DNA of 64,000 nt, from positions 24,056,001 through 24,120,000 of the forward strand of contig CATNEN010000038.1 of assembly GCA_950097015.1 (NCBI GenBank), written 5' to 3'. This document shows, one piece after another, positions 38,180 to 49,372 of the stretch. Within the stretch, counting starts at the first letter, position 1. Each line of letters begins with the position of its first letter. The notes beneath the pieces are model-generated. The model was not told the origin of the DNA. It saw only the letters and a program-made list of their open reading frames with translations, and did no database searches. The position numbers and the translations under genes are program-made. Source of the stretch: Macrostomum hystrix. Taxonomy: Eukaryota > Animalia > Platyhelminthes.

Positions 38180-41100
38180 ATGCTACCGCTGCCAACCATT
38201 TGCCTTTCGATCGTCTTAGCGATCGGACTGGGTGAGTCAACTAGATCTCGTATGGAAATTGTTAGATCAAGTAGAGAGATTGATAGATCTCGTAGAGAGA
38301 TTGGTAAATCAAGTAGAGAGATTGATAGATCTCGTAGAGAGATTGTTAAATCAAGTAGAGAGATTGATAGATCTCGTAGAGAGATTGGTAAATCAAGTAG
38401 AGAGATTGATAGATCTCGTAGAGAGATTTTTAAATCAAGTAGAGAGATTGATAGATCTCGTAGAGACATTGTTAAATCAAGTAGAGAGATTGATAGATCT
38501 CATAGAGAGATTGTTAAATCAAGTAGAGAGATCGATAGATCTCGTAGAGAGATTGTTAAATCAAGTAGAGAGATTGATAGATCTCGTAGAAAGATTGTTA
38601 AATCAAGTAGAGAGATTGATAGATCTCGTAGAGAGATTTTTAAATCAAGTAGAGAGATTGATAGATCTCGTAGAGAGATTGTTAAATCAAGTAGAGAGAT
38701 TGATAGATCTCATAGAGAGATTGTTAAATCAAGTAGAGAGATCGATAGATCTCGTAGAGAGATTGTTAAATCAAGTAGAGAGATTGATAGATCTCGTAGA
38801 AATATTGTTAAATCAAGTAGAGAGATTGATAGATCTCATAGAGAGATTGTTAAATCAAGTAGAGAGATTGATAGATCTCATAGAGAGATTGTTAAATCAA
38901 GTAGAGAGATTGATAGATCTCGTAGAGGGATTGTTAAATCAAGTAGAGAGATTGATAGATCTCGTAGAGAGATTGATAGATCTCGTAGAGAGATTGTTAA
39001 ATCAAGTAGAGAGATTGATAGATCTCGTAGAGAGATTGGTAGATCTCGTAGAGAGATTGATAGATCTCGTAGAGAGATTGTTAAATCAAGTAGAGAGATT
39101 GATAGATCTCGTAGAGAGATTGATAGATCTCGTAGAGAGATTGATAGATCTCGTAGAGAGATTGTTAAATCAAGTAGAGAGGTTGATAGATCTCGTAGAG
39201 AGATTGTTAGATCTTTTAAAGAAATCATTAAATAAAGTAGAGACATTGTTAGATTTCATATAGAGATCGATAGATATTGTAGAGAGATTGTTAGATCTAT
39301 TACAGAAATCGTTAAATTAAGTGGAGAGATCTTAAGATCTCTTGGAGAGATCATCAGATTTCTTGACATCTTAGGAAACCTGCTAGATTTGTAGATTTGT
39401 GGGTCTCATTTGTTACTCAGATACAAATTGTAGATCGTGATTTGGTAGAGACATCATTAGATGCTGGATAAGGGGGTCGGTGGCAGAGCGGTTAACGCGT
39501 TTGCCTCTCGCACCAAGGTCCCTAAGTTCGATTCCACGGTGAGGCCACATTTATTTGGGGCGCAGCCGCGCAGAGAAGGCTTTGCGGGGCACAGTGAGAG
39601 TGTACACTGCCTGACGATGAGAAAGTCAGGGCAGATGTACACACCTGTGTGAGCGTACGCTATCTGTGTGCGCGTGTGCTCAGGAGTCAACGGAATGGGC
39701 AGAATTGCCTCCTCGCTGGCTGCGGGTCTAGTGTCACCATACTTACTTACTTACTACTGGCGGGGGGCGAGACGCCGCGAATAGGCCGCGAGGCCCCTAT
39801 CGCAACCCCAAGGTAAAAGGAAGGTGGCCTCAGCCTTGGGGGTGCGCCCACCCCACGCCAGCAGTCGGCAGGTTCGCCGGGGAGGCGTCGGCGACCTTCA
39901 TCCGGCCGGTGTCACGGACGAAGGCGCGAAGGTCTCGGATGTTGTCCGGAGTGGTCAGTTCGTCCATCCCTTGCGGGTGGCCGAGGTGCCAGTTGCGCGC
40001 CTTATCGAAGTAGGGGCAGAATGTCACGTGATGCGCAGCGGTTTCTTTACCTATGCCACAGAAGGGACAGGTGGGGGAGCAGCCAGTTTGTAGCGAAATG
40101 TGTCTCTGGAAGAAGCCATGGCCCGTGATGACCATGCACATCTCCCTGAGGTCAGTTCTATTAAGTGAAATCAAAAAGTCAGAGACTTTTCGGTTAATGA
40201 TCGGCATGGCCATACGGGTCTGCCTATAGTCGGTGCAGCTACTCCAGTGGAGCTGGTGTTGCTGATTTAGCCACCTGTCAACAGTGCGGTTGATGAGGGA
40301 TTTAGGTACCGGTACCCTGATCGGGCGGTGGTTGTTGTCCGGGTTGCTGCCATCCTTGGCGAGTTTGTCCGCGAGTTCGTTGCCAAGGATGTTGCTGTGG
40401 CCTGGGATCCAGATTAGGCTGATCCTGTTAAGGACCGCGAGTGACTGCAGGTCTCGGTGGCAGTCAGAGACCGTCCGAGTGGAGAGTTTGACGGCAGACA
40501 GAGCCTTGAGGGCGGCTTGACTGTCAGAATAGATGCAGATGTTGAATCTGCTGACGTTGGCATTGAGGAGGTGTTTGGCGCATTGGTTAATGGCGTAGAT
40601 TTCGGCTTGGAAGACCGACGTGTTCTCACCAAGGTGAAGGCTCTCCTGAAGGAGCGCCTTACCCTCATGGAAGATGGCTCCGGCTAGGCCGTTGCTCAGC
40701 GAGCCATCGGTAAAGCAGTGGATACCCTGGCTGCGCTGGTTTACGCCGACGTCCAGCTGAGTGCTACCACGGTCAGGGATGACGGCGCTAAAACCCCTCC
40801 TGAGGATGAGGGAGGGAGGCTGGCTATCCACATCGTTGGGGTCGATGTGGATGTGTGCAAGGTCACGGCGGACATAGTCCAGATGCGGAATGAGAGATTT
40901 GTCAGGAATAAATCCGGTTGGCGTATTCTTAATGGATTTATCGCAGATAAGCCGGTAGGCGCACTTCATAGCCTCCGCCCTAATAAACAAATAGAGCGGA
41001 GGCATGTTTAAGATAGTATTAAGGCCCTCGTATGGGGTGGAGGGGTACGCACCTGCAATGGCACGGCAGATGCTGCCCTGCAGCTGGTAGAGTCGGTCGC

Positions 41101-43869
41101 GGGCGGTTTTCTGTTCCAGTACGCTGGACCAGATGAGGCTCGCATACGTAATACTCGGTCTAATGATACCGGTGTAGATCCAGCGGACCGTTCTCGGGGT
41201 GAGGCCCCAGGTCGGTCCAATGGCCCTACGAACTTGGGCGAAGCAGCGTTTTGCTCGCCATCATATAGTGTCACCATATGATGTGCCATTGCCCACAATA
41301 AAAATGCGCAAACATTTTTTTTCAGTTGCGGCCGCCTCAGCCGCGTCAGCTTGCGGCGGTTATCGCGACGGTCTGACAGTCGGCCAGACTTTCACGCTGA
41401 CGTCGCCAAATTATCCTGCCGAATATCCGCGCAATCAGCGCTGCGTGTGGCTGTTTGTTGCTTCCAATGGCACCGGCTTTCGAGTGAATGTCACCAAGGC
41501 TAGCCTGGAGGGTAGTGGCAACAATAGCACCGGATGCAAGGACTATCTACAGATCACTGATGGCAGTTCCACTGCTAACGAATTGGCTTACCTGTGTCAG
41601 GTGCGTTCTCGCATTGGCTTAGACTATAGTTTATGTTCTAAACATGATGGCCTTTTGGGTTTTATTGATTGAATTGGTTGACACCTTTTTGATACCATTT
41701 CTCCAATCAACAGGTGTCAACTCCGGTGCAGTTGTCAGCTAACCGGGTCTACCTGTGGGTCAAGTTTCAGAGCAATTTTCAGAACCAGGGCGTCGGTTTT
41801 GAGATGACAGTTAGTACAGTGGTCGACTCTAGCGCTGCCAGCAACAAGACGCCTGTTATCTGTAAAGTACTGTTTTATAAACAAATTGTCAGACAAGAGT
41901 GAAACTGCTGTTAGGCGAGAGCGAAACCTGTTAGACATGAGCGAAACCTGTTAGACATGAGCGAAACCTGTTAGACATGAGCGAAACCTGTTAGACAAGA
42001 ACGAAACCTGTTAGACACGAACGAAACCTGTTAGACAAGAACGAAACCTGTTAGACATGAGCGAAACCTGTTAGACAAGAACGAAACCTGTTAGACAAGA
42101 ACGAAACCTGTTAGACAAGAACGAAACCTGTTAGAAAAGAACGAAACCTGTTAGACAAGAACGAAACCTGTTAGATAAGGGTTAAAATTTAGTCTTAATT
42201 CTTTTTAAAACTAAGTGACTAATAGCTTTACTTTTCAGCTTGCAACATCACCCGCTACACCTGTCCGAACAAGGAGTGCATTTTTCAAGGTAGCCTCTGC
42301 GACAATGTCAACGACTGCGGCTGCGAGGACTACGGATGCGACGAAACCAAATGTTGGAAGTTTGCGCTCTTGAACGGTGAACAAAATTAAATATCTTGGC
42401 TATTTATGACAGTAGTCAGTAGGATGAGACACCTGTTAGACAGTAGGATGAGACACCTGTTAGACAGTAGGATGAGACACCTGTTAGACAGTAGGATGTG
42501 ATGCCTGTTAGACAGTAGGATGAGTACCTGTTAAACAGAAGGATGAGACACCTGTTAGACAGTAATATATAGCACCTGTTCGTAGGATGAAAAGCCTGTT
42601 GGACTGTAGGATATGATGCCTGTTAGACAGTAGGATGAGAGACCTGTTCGACAATAGGAGAAAACACCTGTTAGACATTGGGAGAAGACACCTGTTAGAC
42701 AATAGGAGAAGACACCTGTTAGACAATAGGAGAAGACACCTGTTAGACAGTAGGATAAGACACCTGTTAGACAGTAGGATAAGACACCTGTTAGACTCGT
42801 GAGACATTTCTGTTATCCCTCACGCCCTTTTTCTCAGACATATCGGCAGTCTGGGGCATCGGCGTGGGCATCGGTCTGACGATCTCCATCAGCGTTTTCA
42901 TAATCTGCGGTTTCCTAGAAATGCCCGAAAGGAAGCGGCCCGAATGCATGCGCCGAAGTCCTGCTGGCCAGGGCTGCCTGGCTAATTGCGCCAATCGCGG
43001 CAACCGGATTCAACAACAAGCACCTGAGGATGCCTTCATGGCCATGATGCGCCGGATGACCACCGGGAAGGCGTTGCAGTGGTGAGGCTTTGGTCATCGG
43101 TATTTGGTCATAGGTCATTATAATCGGTTATTGATAATCGCTAATTGGTCATTGGTCATCGGTTGTTGGTGATCGGTCATTGGTCATTGGTCAATGGTCA
43201 TTGGTCACGACTGGTCATTGGTCCTTTTTCATTAGTCATTGGTATGGTTATCGGTCATTGGTTATTCGTGATTCGTGATTAGTCAGTTGTCATTGGTCAT
43301 TGGTCATTGGTTATTGGCCAATCAGATCACTCGGTATTTGTCATTGGTCATGATTGGTCATTAGTCATTGCTCATAGCCAGTTTGTTCTTAGGTCTCCGG
43401 TTATTAGGCATTGATCATCGGTCACTGGCCTTTGGAAATCGGAAATAGGTTACAAATTATTGGGCAACAATTATTTGTCTTTGTTCCTTGCCCATTGGTC
43501 TTAGGTCGCTAGAGGCCGAGAAATGGTAGAAATTTGGGTGAAGCAGCTGCTTGTCTAATCTCTCATCCACGCCTAATCCCAACCGTCGACAACCTCAGGG
43601 ACGCGGCCGACTCAGACTCGGACGCGTCGCCGCGAAGCAGCAGCCGCGGCGGAATGTCGCGACGCAGTTCGGCATTCTCGGCTATCAACAACAGCCCGTC
43701 CGGCAGTCGACGCTCCAGCGCCGTCTACGCGCCTGTCTATGGCAACACCCTTAGTCCGAAGGATTTGACGCCGAAATCGGCGCCTTCGCCGGCGGCTGCG
43801 GCTGCAGCGGCCACGTCGAAGATTCCTGGACCGGTGACACTGGCTGTGCCCACAGTCAGCTCGGCTTGA
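38180..43869 (+). CDS. Type I membrane protein with signal peptide, CUB, LDLa, TM and Ser-rich tail (NETO/LEV-10/LRP12-like architecture); exons 38180-38231, 41326-41600, 41714-41861, 42239-42376, 42838-43081, optional 43505-43525, and 43599-43869
   Basis: Signal peptide [20 protein letters not shown]: CGG...[18 protein letters not shown]...[10 protein letters not shown]...LWVKFQS...GFEM. LDLa: [14 protein letters not shown]...CDNVNDCG...CDETKC. TM: [21 protein letters not shown]. All junctions are GT-AG and phase-compatible. Confidence 0.85.
38240..39300. repeat. 21/42-bp minisatellite (GTAGAGAGATTGATAGATCTC + GTAGAGAGATTGTTAAATCAA) at the start of intron 1 of the CUB-LDLa gene
   Basis: Alternating 21-bp subunits that begin within about 10 bp of the donor at 38232. 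Confidence 0.95.
39471..39741 (+). mobile_element. SINE family A, interrupted by a LINE; the remainder lies at about 41279-41298
   Basis: Head GGGGGTCGGTGGCAGAGCGGTTAACGCG...GTTCGATTCC. Sequence after the LINE (TGATGTGCCATTGCCCACAA) continues the alignment with the other copies. Confidence 0.88.
39742..41265 (-). mobile_element. 5'-truncated non-LTR retrotransposon, LOA/Lian-like (RT C-terminus, RNase H, C-terminal Cys/His motif)
   Basis: Open frame from about 41260 to 39830: [31 protein letters not shown], then RNase [23 protein letters not shown] and [15 protein letters not shown], then [18 protein letters not shown]. Short 3' UTR, (TAAG)n tail, and 13-bp TSD TAGTGTCACCATA (39729-39741, 41266-41278). 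Confidence 0.92.
41900..42176. repeat. 20-bp intronic minisatellite (GAAACCTGTTAGACAAGAAC)
   Basis: Tandem units within intron 41862-42238. Confidence 0.93.
42418..42796. repeat. 24-bp intronic minisatellite (AGGATGAGACACCTGTTAGACAGT)
   Basis: Tandem, moderately diverged units within intron 42377-42837. Confidence 0.9.
43090..43430. repeat. Degenerate 7-bp repeat (TTGGTCA) filling an intron
   Basis: Many imperfect GGTCATT units downstream of the donor at 43082. Confidence 0.8.
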
Positions 43870-45369
43870 CCGATTTTTGGCCGAATTAAATATTTTCTAA
43901 CCAAATCGATTATTGTGGGGCTGGCTGCGGTACGACTGTAACGAAATGATACTTTTAAAATCAACTCTTAGATTGTATCTTTCGAAGAAAAAAGTTGCTT
44001 TTATTTCCCATTGTTGATAGCTTTGTCAAATATTCGACTATTTTATCAATAATTATTTTCTCTCAATGTTGAAAACTATGCACTTTTTAATGACTTTATT
44101 TTTTTGCGTTTTAGCCCATGTTTCCTAGAAAGTACACCAGCCTTCCTAGATCCTTAATAATCCTCGAACTTAAAACCTCCTCGGTTCAGCAGAATCGGAA
44201 GCATCGCTAATGTTTGCCTTTGGTCGTTAATTAAAAAGCTAAAAATAGGCCCAAGGTAGACGCACGCACTCACTCACTCAGTACGACGACAAGGAGGCTC
44301 TAGAAGAAAAACAAGAAGGTAAGATGACTGGCTTCTGCCTTCAGATATTAACGAAAGTTTGGAGTGAAACTAGGAGAGAGGAAGACAGATACCCTTATCC
44401 CCTGGCGAAGGATAAAAGTACAATTTGAAGCAACTGTCGCTAATGATACAAAACTTCCTTAGCTTAAACAGCAATGGTGTCTGCGTACGCGTTTGTTGAA
44501 AGGGCTGTTTTATTTAAACTTTCCCGCCTTTTCAAGGAAAAAGTATCTTCAAAGAAGAGTGTTGGGAAATCGATAAATAGTACAGATTATCTCATTGCCA
44601 AGCTAAGCGATAGTAAGTGAACTCCTGAGAGTTATCTAGCCTATGTATAGTGAGCAAACAACGATATGAAAATCGACTCGGTTGACTAAACCAAAAAGAA
44701 TCCCAGACTATCGAAGCTGCAGCAGCACAGATTCACTTTCTATCGAGCCAAATTCTACAACCCCAAAGCTGTCAATCTTCATTTCCTAGGACAGTCCATC
44801 AGGCCAAAAAGGACTGAAGCCGGACTCGGCTAATTCCAGGAAAATCCCAGCTTTAAATTTCTGACGCAGTTCTTTTTTGGCGGAGGAATAACGGACTGGC
44901 CTGCATGGGAACAGGACTGGGGAGGCACCATTGAGAGAGTGCGAAGGGGGTCACACGGTCGAGAGGGATTGAGGGCGTCGGCAGCAGCAGCTGCCACTTT
45001 CTGGACCAAGGCCAATAAAATCGAATGCCATGGCATGGGCTTACCCCTCCAGTCGTGCACTCCCAAGGGGATTTTGTTCCCCCCAATCCACACTATATAC
45101 TTTCTCCACCATTCTCTAGCCAGAGAATCCAATCCAAGTTTTGCCTATAGTTTTTTGAGTTTTCCTACACTTAGAACTGATCCCAACGAAACAGCACTGA
45201 CTGTCGTAAAAACTCAGATTAACCCGAGTGTTTGATCACGAGAAAATAAATATTACTAAATCTTCTCGGGCTTTTATAGCGGAAAGTTCCGATCAATAAA
45301 TTTCAGCTTGTAAGTTATCACGTTGCTATTAGCTCGTATCAGGTGAGTTCCGTCTTGAAATGCTTCCTT

Positions 45370-46190
45370 TCAGGTTCCTTCATTCAGGTTTCTGCCTTCA
45401 GGTTTCTGCCTTCAGGTTTCTGCCTTCAGGTTTCTGCCTTCAGGTTTCTGCCTTCAGGTTTCTGCCTTCAGGTTTCTGCCTTCAGGTTTCTGCCTTCAGG
45501 TTTCTCCCATCAGGTTTCTGCCTTCAGGTTTCTGCCTTCAGGTTTCTCCCATCAGGTTTCTGCCTTCAGGTTTCTGCCTTCAGGTTTCTGCAGTCTGTGT
45601 TCTGCCTTCAGGTTTCTACCTTCAGGTTTCTGCCTTCAGGTTTCTGCCTTCAGGTTTCTGCCTTCAGGTTTCTACCTTCAGGTTTCTGCCTTCAGGTTTC
45701 TGCCTTCAGGTTTCTGCCTTCAGGTTTCTACCTTCAGGTTTCTCTCTTCAGATTTCTCCCTTCAGATTTCTCCCTTCAGATTTCTCTCTTCAGGTTTCTC
45801 CCTTCAGGTTTCTCCCATCAGGTTTCTGCAGTCTGTGTTCTGCCTTCAGGTTTCTGCAGTCTGTGTTCTGCCTTCAGGTTTCTGCAGTCTGTGTTCTGCC
45901 TTCAGGTTTCTGCAGTCTGTGTTCTGCCTTCAGGTTTCTGCAGTCTGTGTTCTGCCTTCAGGTTTCTGCAGTCTGTGTTCTGCCTTCAGGTTTCTGCAGT
46001 CTGTGTTCTGCCTTCAGGTTTCTGCAGTCTGTGTTCTGCCTTCAGGTTTCTGCAGTCTGTGTTCTGCCTTCAGGTTTCTGCAGTCTGTGTTCTGCCTTCA
46101 GGTTTCTGCAGTCTGTGTTCTGCCTTCAGGTTTCTGCAGTCTGTGTTCTGCCTTCAGGTTTCTGCAGTCTGTGTTCTGCCTTCAGGTTGC
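45370..46190. repeat. 14-bp (TTCAGGTTTCTGCC) minisatellite grading into a 28-bp dimer, in a probable 5'-UTR intron (45343-46309)
   Basis: Tandem units bounded by CAG|GTGAGT at 45343 and CCTCCCAG| at 46309. Confidence 0.93.
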
Positions 46191-46321
46191 TGATTTCAGG
46201 TTTGTTCTTTTACGGTTCTCCTCTGGTTTTCCCATCGTGATTTTCAATTCAGTTTTCTCCCGTGAGGTTTTTACCTCAATTTTTTCCGCCGCTCTCCGCT
46301 GCCTCCCAGAGCCACCGCGCC

Positions 46322-47056
46322 ATGCCAGGCTACGACGCTTTGAACACCCAGACGGCGCCAACCAAGTCAGTATTCGACAGTCAGCAGTTGAGCCGCCCGG
46401 CCTCCTATCGTCACTGCGGCCGAGCGAGCCTCATCATTGGCATCGTGTGCATCATGGCCGAGGTTGCCGTGTTTGTGCTCAAACGTGGCCTGACCACTCT
46501 GGGCGTTGGTATCTGGACCGGGGCCACCTTCGTGATGTTCGGCGCTGCTAGCATGGCCGTCCCGAAGACGCGCAGCGTCTGCAGCGTCAACACCTGCTTC
46601 GCAATGGCCCTGGGCTCCATGGCCATCTGTCTGTTTGGTATCTTTGTCTGCATCATTCACATCCTCATGCTGAACTCCATCATGGATTTGAACTATACGC
46701 CTAGGCCGAATTTTGAAATTAGCTGCGAATTCTGCGGCCAAATGATCATTATGAAGGAGGTCGGCCAGATTGTCCTACTTCTAGCCGAGTTCCTAGTGTC
46801 CATGGCTCTGTTGTACTTTGCCTACACTGACTGTCTCTGTTGTCGTGCCACCGAAACTGAAGTCATCATCCAGAGTGAAGCGGTGAAATTCGCTCCCGCT
46901 GTTGCTGCTGCTGCTGCTGCTGCTACAGGCCCGTCAATGAGCAGTCAGGCTGCGGCATCTGGCACTAACCATGGTGGCGCGGGCCTTTTCTCGCAACTGG
47001 CCTCGGCGCGAGTGGCAGGAGTTAGCGCTTCCGGACCGATGCTATACGAACTGTGA
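46322..47056 (+). CDS. Four-transmembrane protein, MS4A/CD20-like; single coding exon
   Basis: ATG in GCC context 12 nt after a splice acceptor. Four hydrophobic segments, a GVGIWTG motif opening TM2, EFLVS in TM4 and a Cys cluster (CLCC) after it. AATAAA near 47305. Confidence 0.75.
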   Translation: MPGYDALNTQTAPTKSVFDSQQLSRPASYRHCGRASLIIGIVCIMAEVAVFVLKRGLTTLGVGIWTGATFVMFGAASMAVPKTRSVCSVNTCFAMALGSMAICLFGIFVCIIHILMLNSIMDLNYTPRPNFEISCEFCGQMIIMKEVGQIVLLLAEFLVSMALLYFAYTDCLCCRATETEVIIQSEAVKFAPAVAAAAAAATGPSMSSQAAASGTNHGGAGLFSQLASARVAGVSASGPMLYEL

Positions 47057-49372
47057 AACTGTATAATCGCTGCAGACAGTCTTACTGGAACCTTTTTTTG
47101 CTGACCATATAGATTTTTTAGTTTTTTAGAGTTTTTTTCATTTAACTGTACAGTTTCGTGTGACACAAACTCTGACAGATTTCAGTCCTGGGGTTCCAGT
47201 AGATAAAATAATTGAGATACATTGGGTAAATGACAATTCCTAACAATGAAAATAACATGGATACTGAAACGATAGTTTATTATACTCTTGTTTTCTGGTG
47301 AAACAATAAATTATTAGACTTCATAGTCCGCAGTCTCGAGTCTCGTCTGTTTCGCAATCAATTTTCTATCGGCTCGAATGACGACCATTTTTTACCACTT
47401 TTTACCCTTAATTAGTTTGAGTTCAATTAGGTGACATTTCTTTTTTTAGTTTGCATTCTTCAGACTTTAGAAAAATATAACATCCCTTGCCTGTATGAAA
47501 ATATTTTTAAGAAACATATAGGGAATTTTCTTTTACGTAAATATTAACCATAGAAAATGTCTCACAAATAAAAATACATCAGAAAGAAAAGCAATATTTG
47601 GATTTTTCTTCGGTGAAACTTTGCCTTAGCACACATTAAATTCAACTTTAAACAACAAGTTATTAGTTCCAACTTCATAATTAATACAGCTGCGTCAACT
47701 ACCAATGTTAAATATCAAGGTCATTTGCTTTTTATTAAATTTTGTTAGAAATGGATTTTTAAAATTGAAATCACTTTGGCCAAAGGCCAGTCACGTGCCT
47801 TGGCAATTGTAAGCGTTGGAAATGCGGTTTCCCCAAATCTTAGATCATAGCAACATCAAACTTATGGCAATGTGTTGTTACTTTTATGTGTATAAAAATT
47901 TTTAATTCGTTGATAAGACAGCATACACACGCAGTAAAAAAGAATAAAACATAAGTTTTTTTGTAAGCAACGGAAAAAGCTAAACACGTTTATTTGTCCT
48001 ACTTTTGTTAAAATCAGCAGCAAATCTGCAATTTAAACAAAAATAGCAATTGATATCTGAATTACTTTTTAGACAGGCTGTTAGGTCTTTGCAGGTAAGT
48101 AAAAGTTTCGTTGCAAATTAATTTGAAGTAGTTCATTCTATTCTGAATTTTTTTAAAACATTTGAATTTTAGCTTAAATTACATTTTAAAGCACATTAAA
48201 TATACCATCACGAAATGTTTTAATTGGTGCTACAATATCATTTCAACTTTAGTTTTTCTTTAAAACGTTATCATTTATTGATTAGCTATAATTTTATTTC
48301 AAACCGGAGACGCAACAGCCGTTGCTAAAACTGTCAATTTAAACAAAAAACGTTTTTTAAAAACAATAAACGCGCATTGTATTTGATTGATAGGTTCACG
48401 CGGACTGTAAGCTGGGACCTTAGCAGCTAATAATTAGGTGAATACAAGTTTACAGGCATTCGAAGTGTCGCAAGTTCTCGCCAAAAACGAAGTTAACAAA
48501 CTATATATAACAAGAGGCGAGGCACACACGGACAATTATGAAGCAATATTTTTGTGTGATGTAAATTATTTTTAAATAGACCAAGATAATTGAATAAATC
48601 AATTCTATACAGTCATTATATATACTCCCTACATGTATAATACATGGATGTATACTTCAAGAAGTATAATAATGCAACAAAAACATGAATTAAAGCTGGC
48701 TCGGACTCTATATTGACACTGTCAACTGATTACTATAACACAAATATAAAACGCATTTGAATTGAACCAAGTTGCAGTTCTAAAATTTCAAATCTTTAGA
48801 TAGGGAACTGCCATTGAAATATAAACAATCAAATTAGCTATTTAAAAAATGAAGAAACCAAGTTAGAATGTGCACAAAAAAATTAGTTATATCTTGTTCC
48901 TTGCTTTGCAGGATGAGACTTATATTATAGCAACTAAAAGTGCAGAGTTTAAAGATCACATACGAAACGCAACTTCTATACAACTACTGTAAGTAGAACT
49001 ATTTGCATTTTAAGATCGATTTCGTTTAGGCGATTAAAACATGAAAATGCGATAAATTAAATACGATTTACTCGCATTCAGAAATGTATCGTAGGAAACG
49101 CATGACTCTGCGGATAAATTTTGTTGTACTTTTATTCTTATGCTATTTTTGCCTGTTATCTGATTACGCTGTTAATTTTCAAATTTATGCAATACAATTT
49201 CAACGAAAAAAAATATGAAAAGTGACTTTGCAAATAATCGAAAGTTTTCTCGATTTAGAACGGTCGATTTTTCGCCGAAAAAATATTTTCACAGGTTTTA
49301 ATATAGCGTAATTGATATAGGTAATATGAAACAGTAGAAGTTAAAACACTAGCAGGATGCTAGTAATTGCAG

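Noticed and set aside
44200-45180. Possible gene or retroelement relic (likewise 50350-50900)
   Set aside because: Composition differs from the flanks, but no protein motif, terminal repeat, TSD or second copy could be found by eye.
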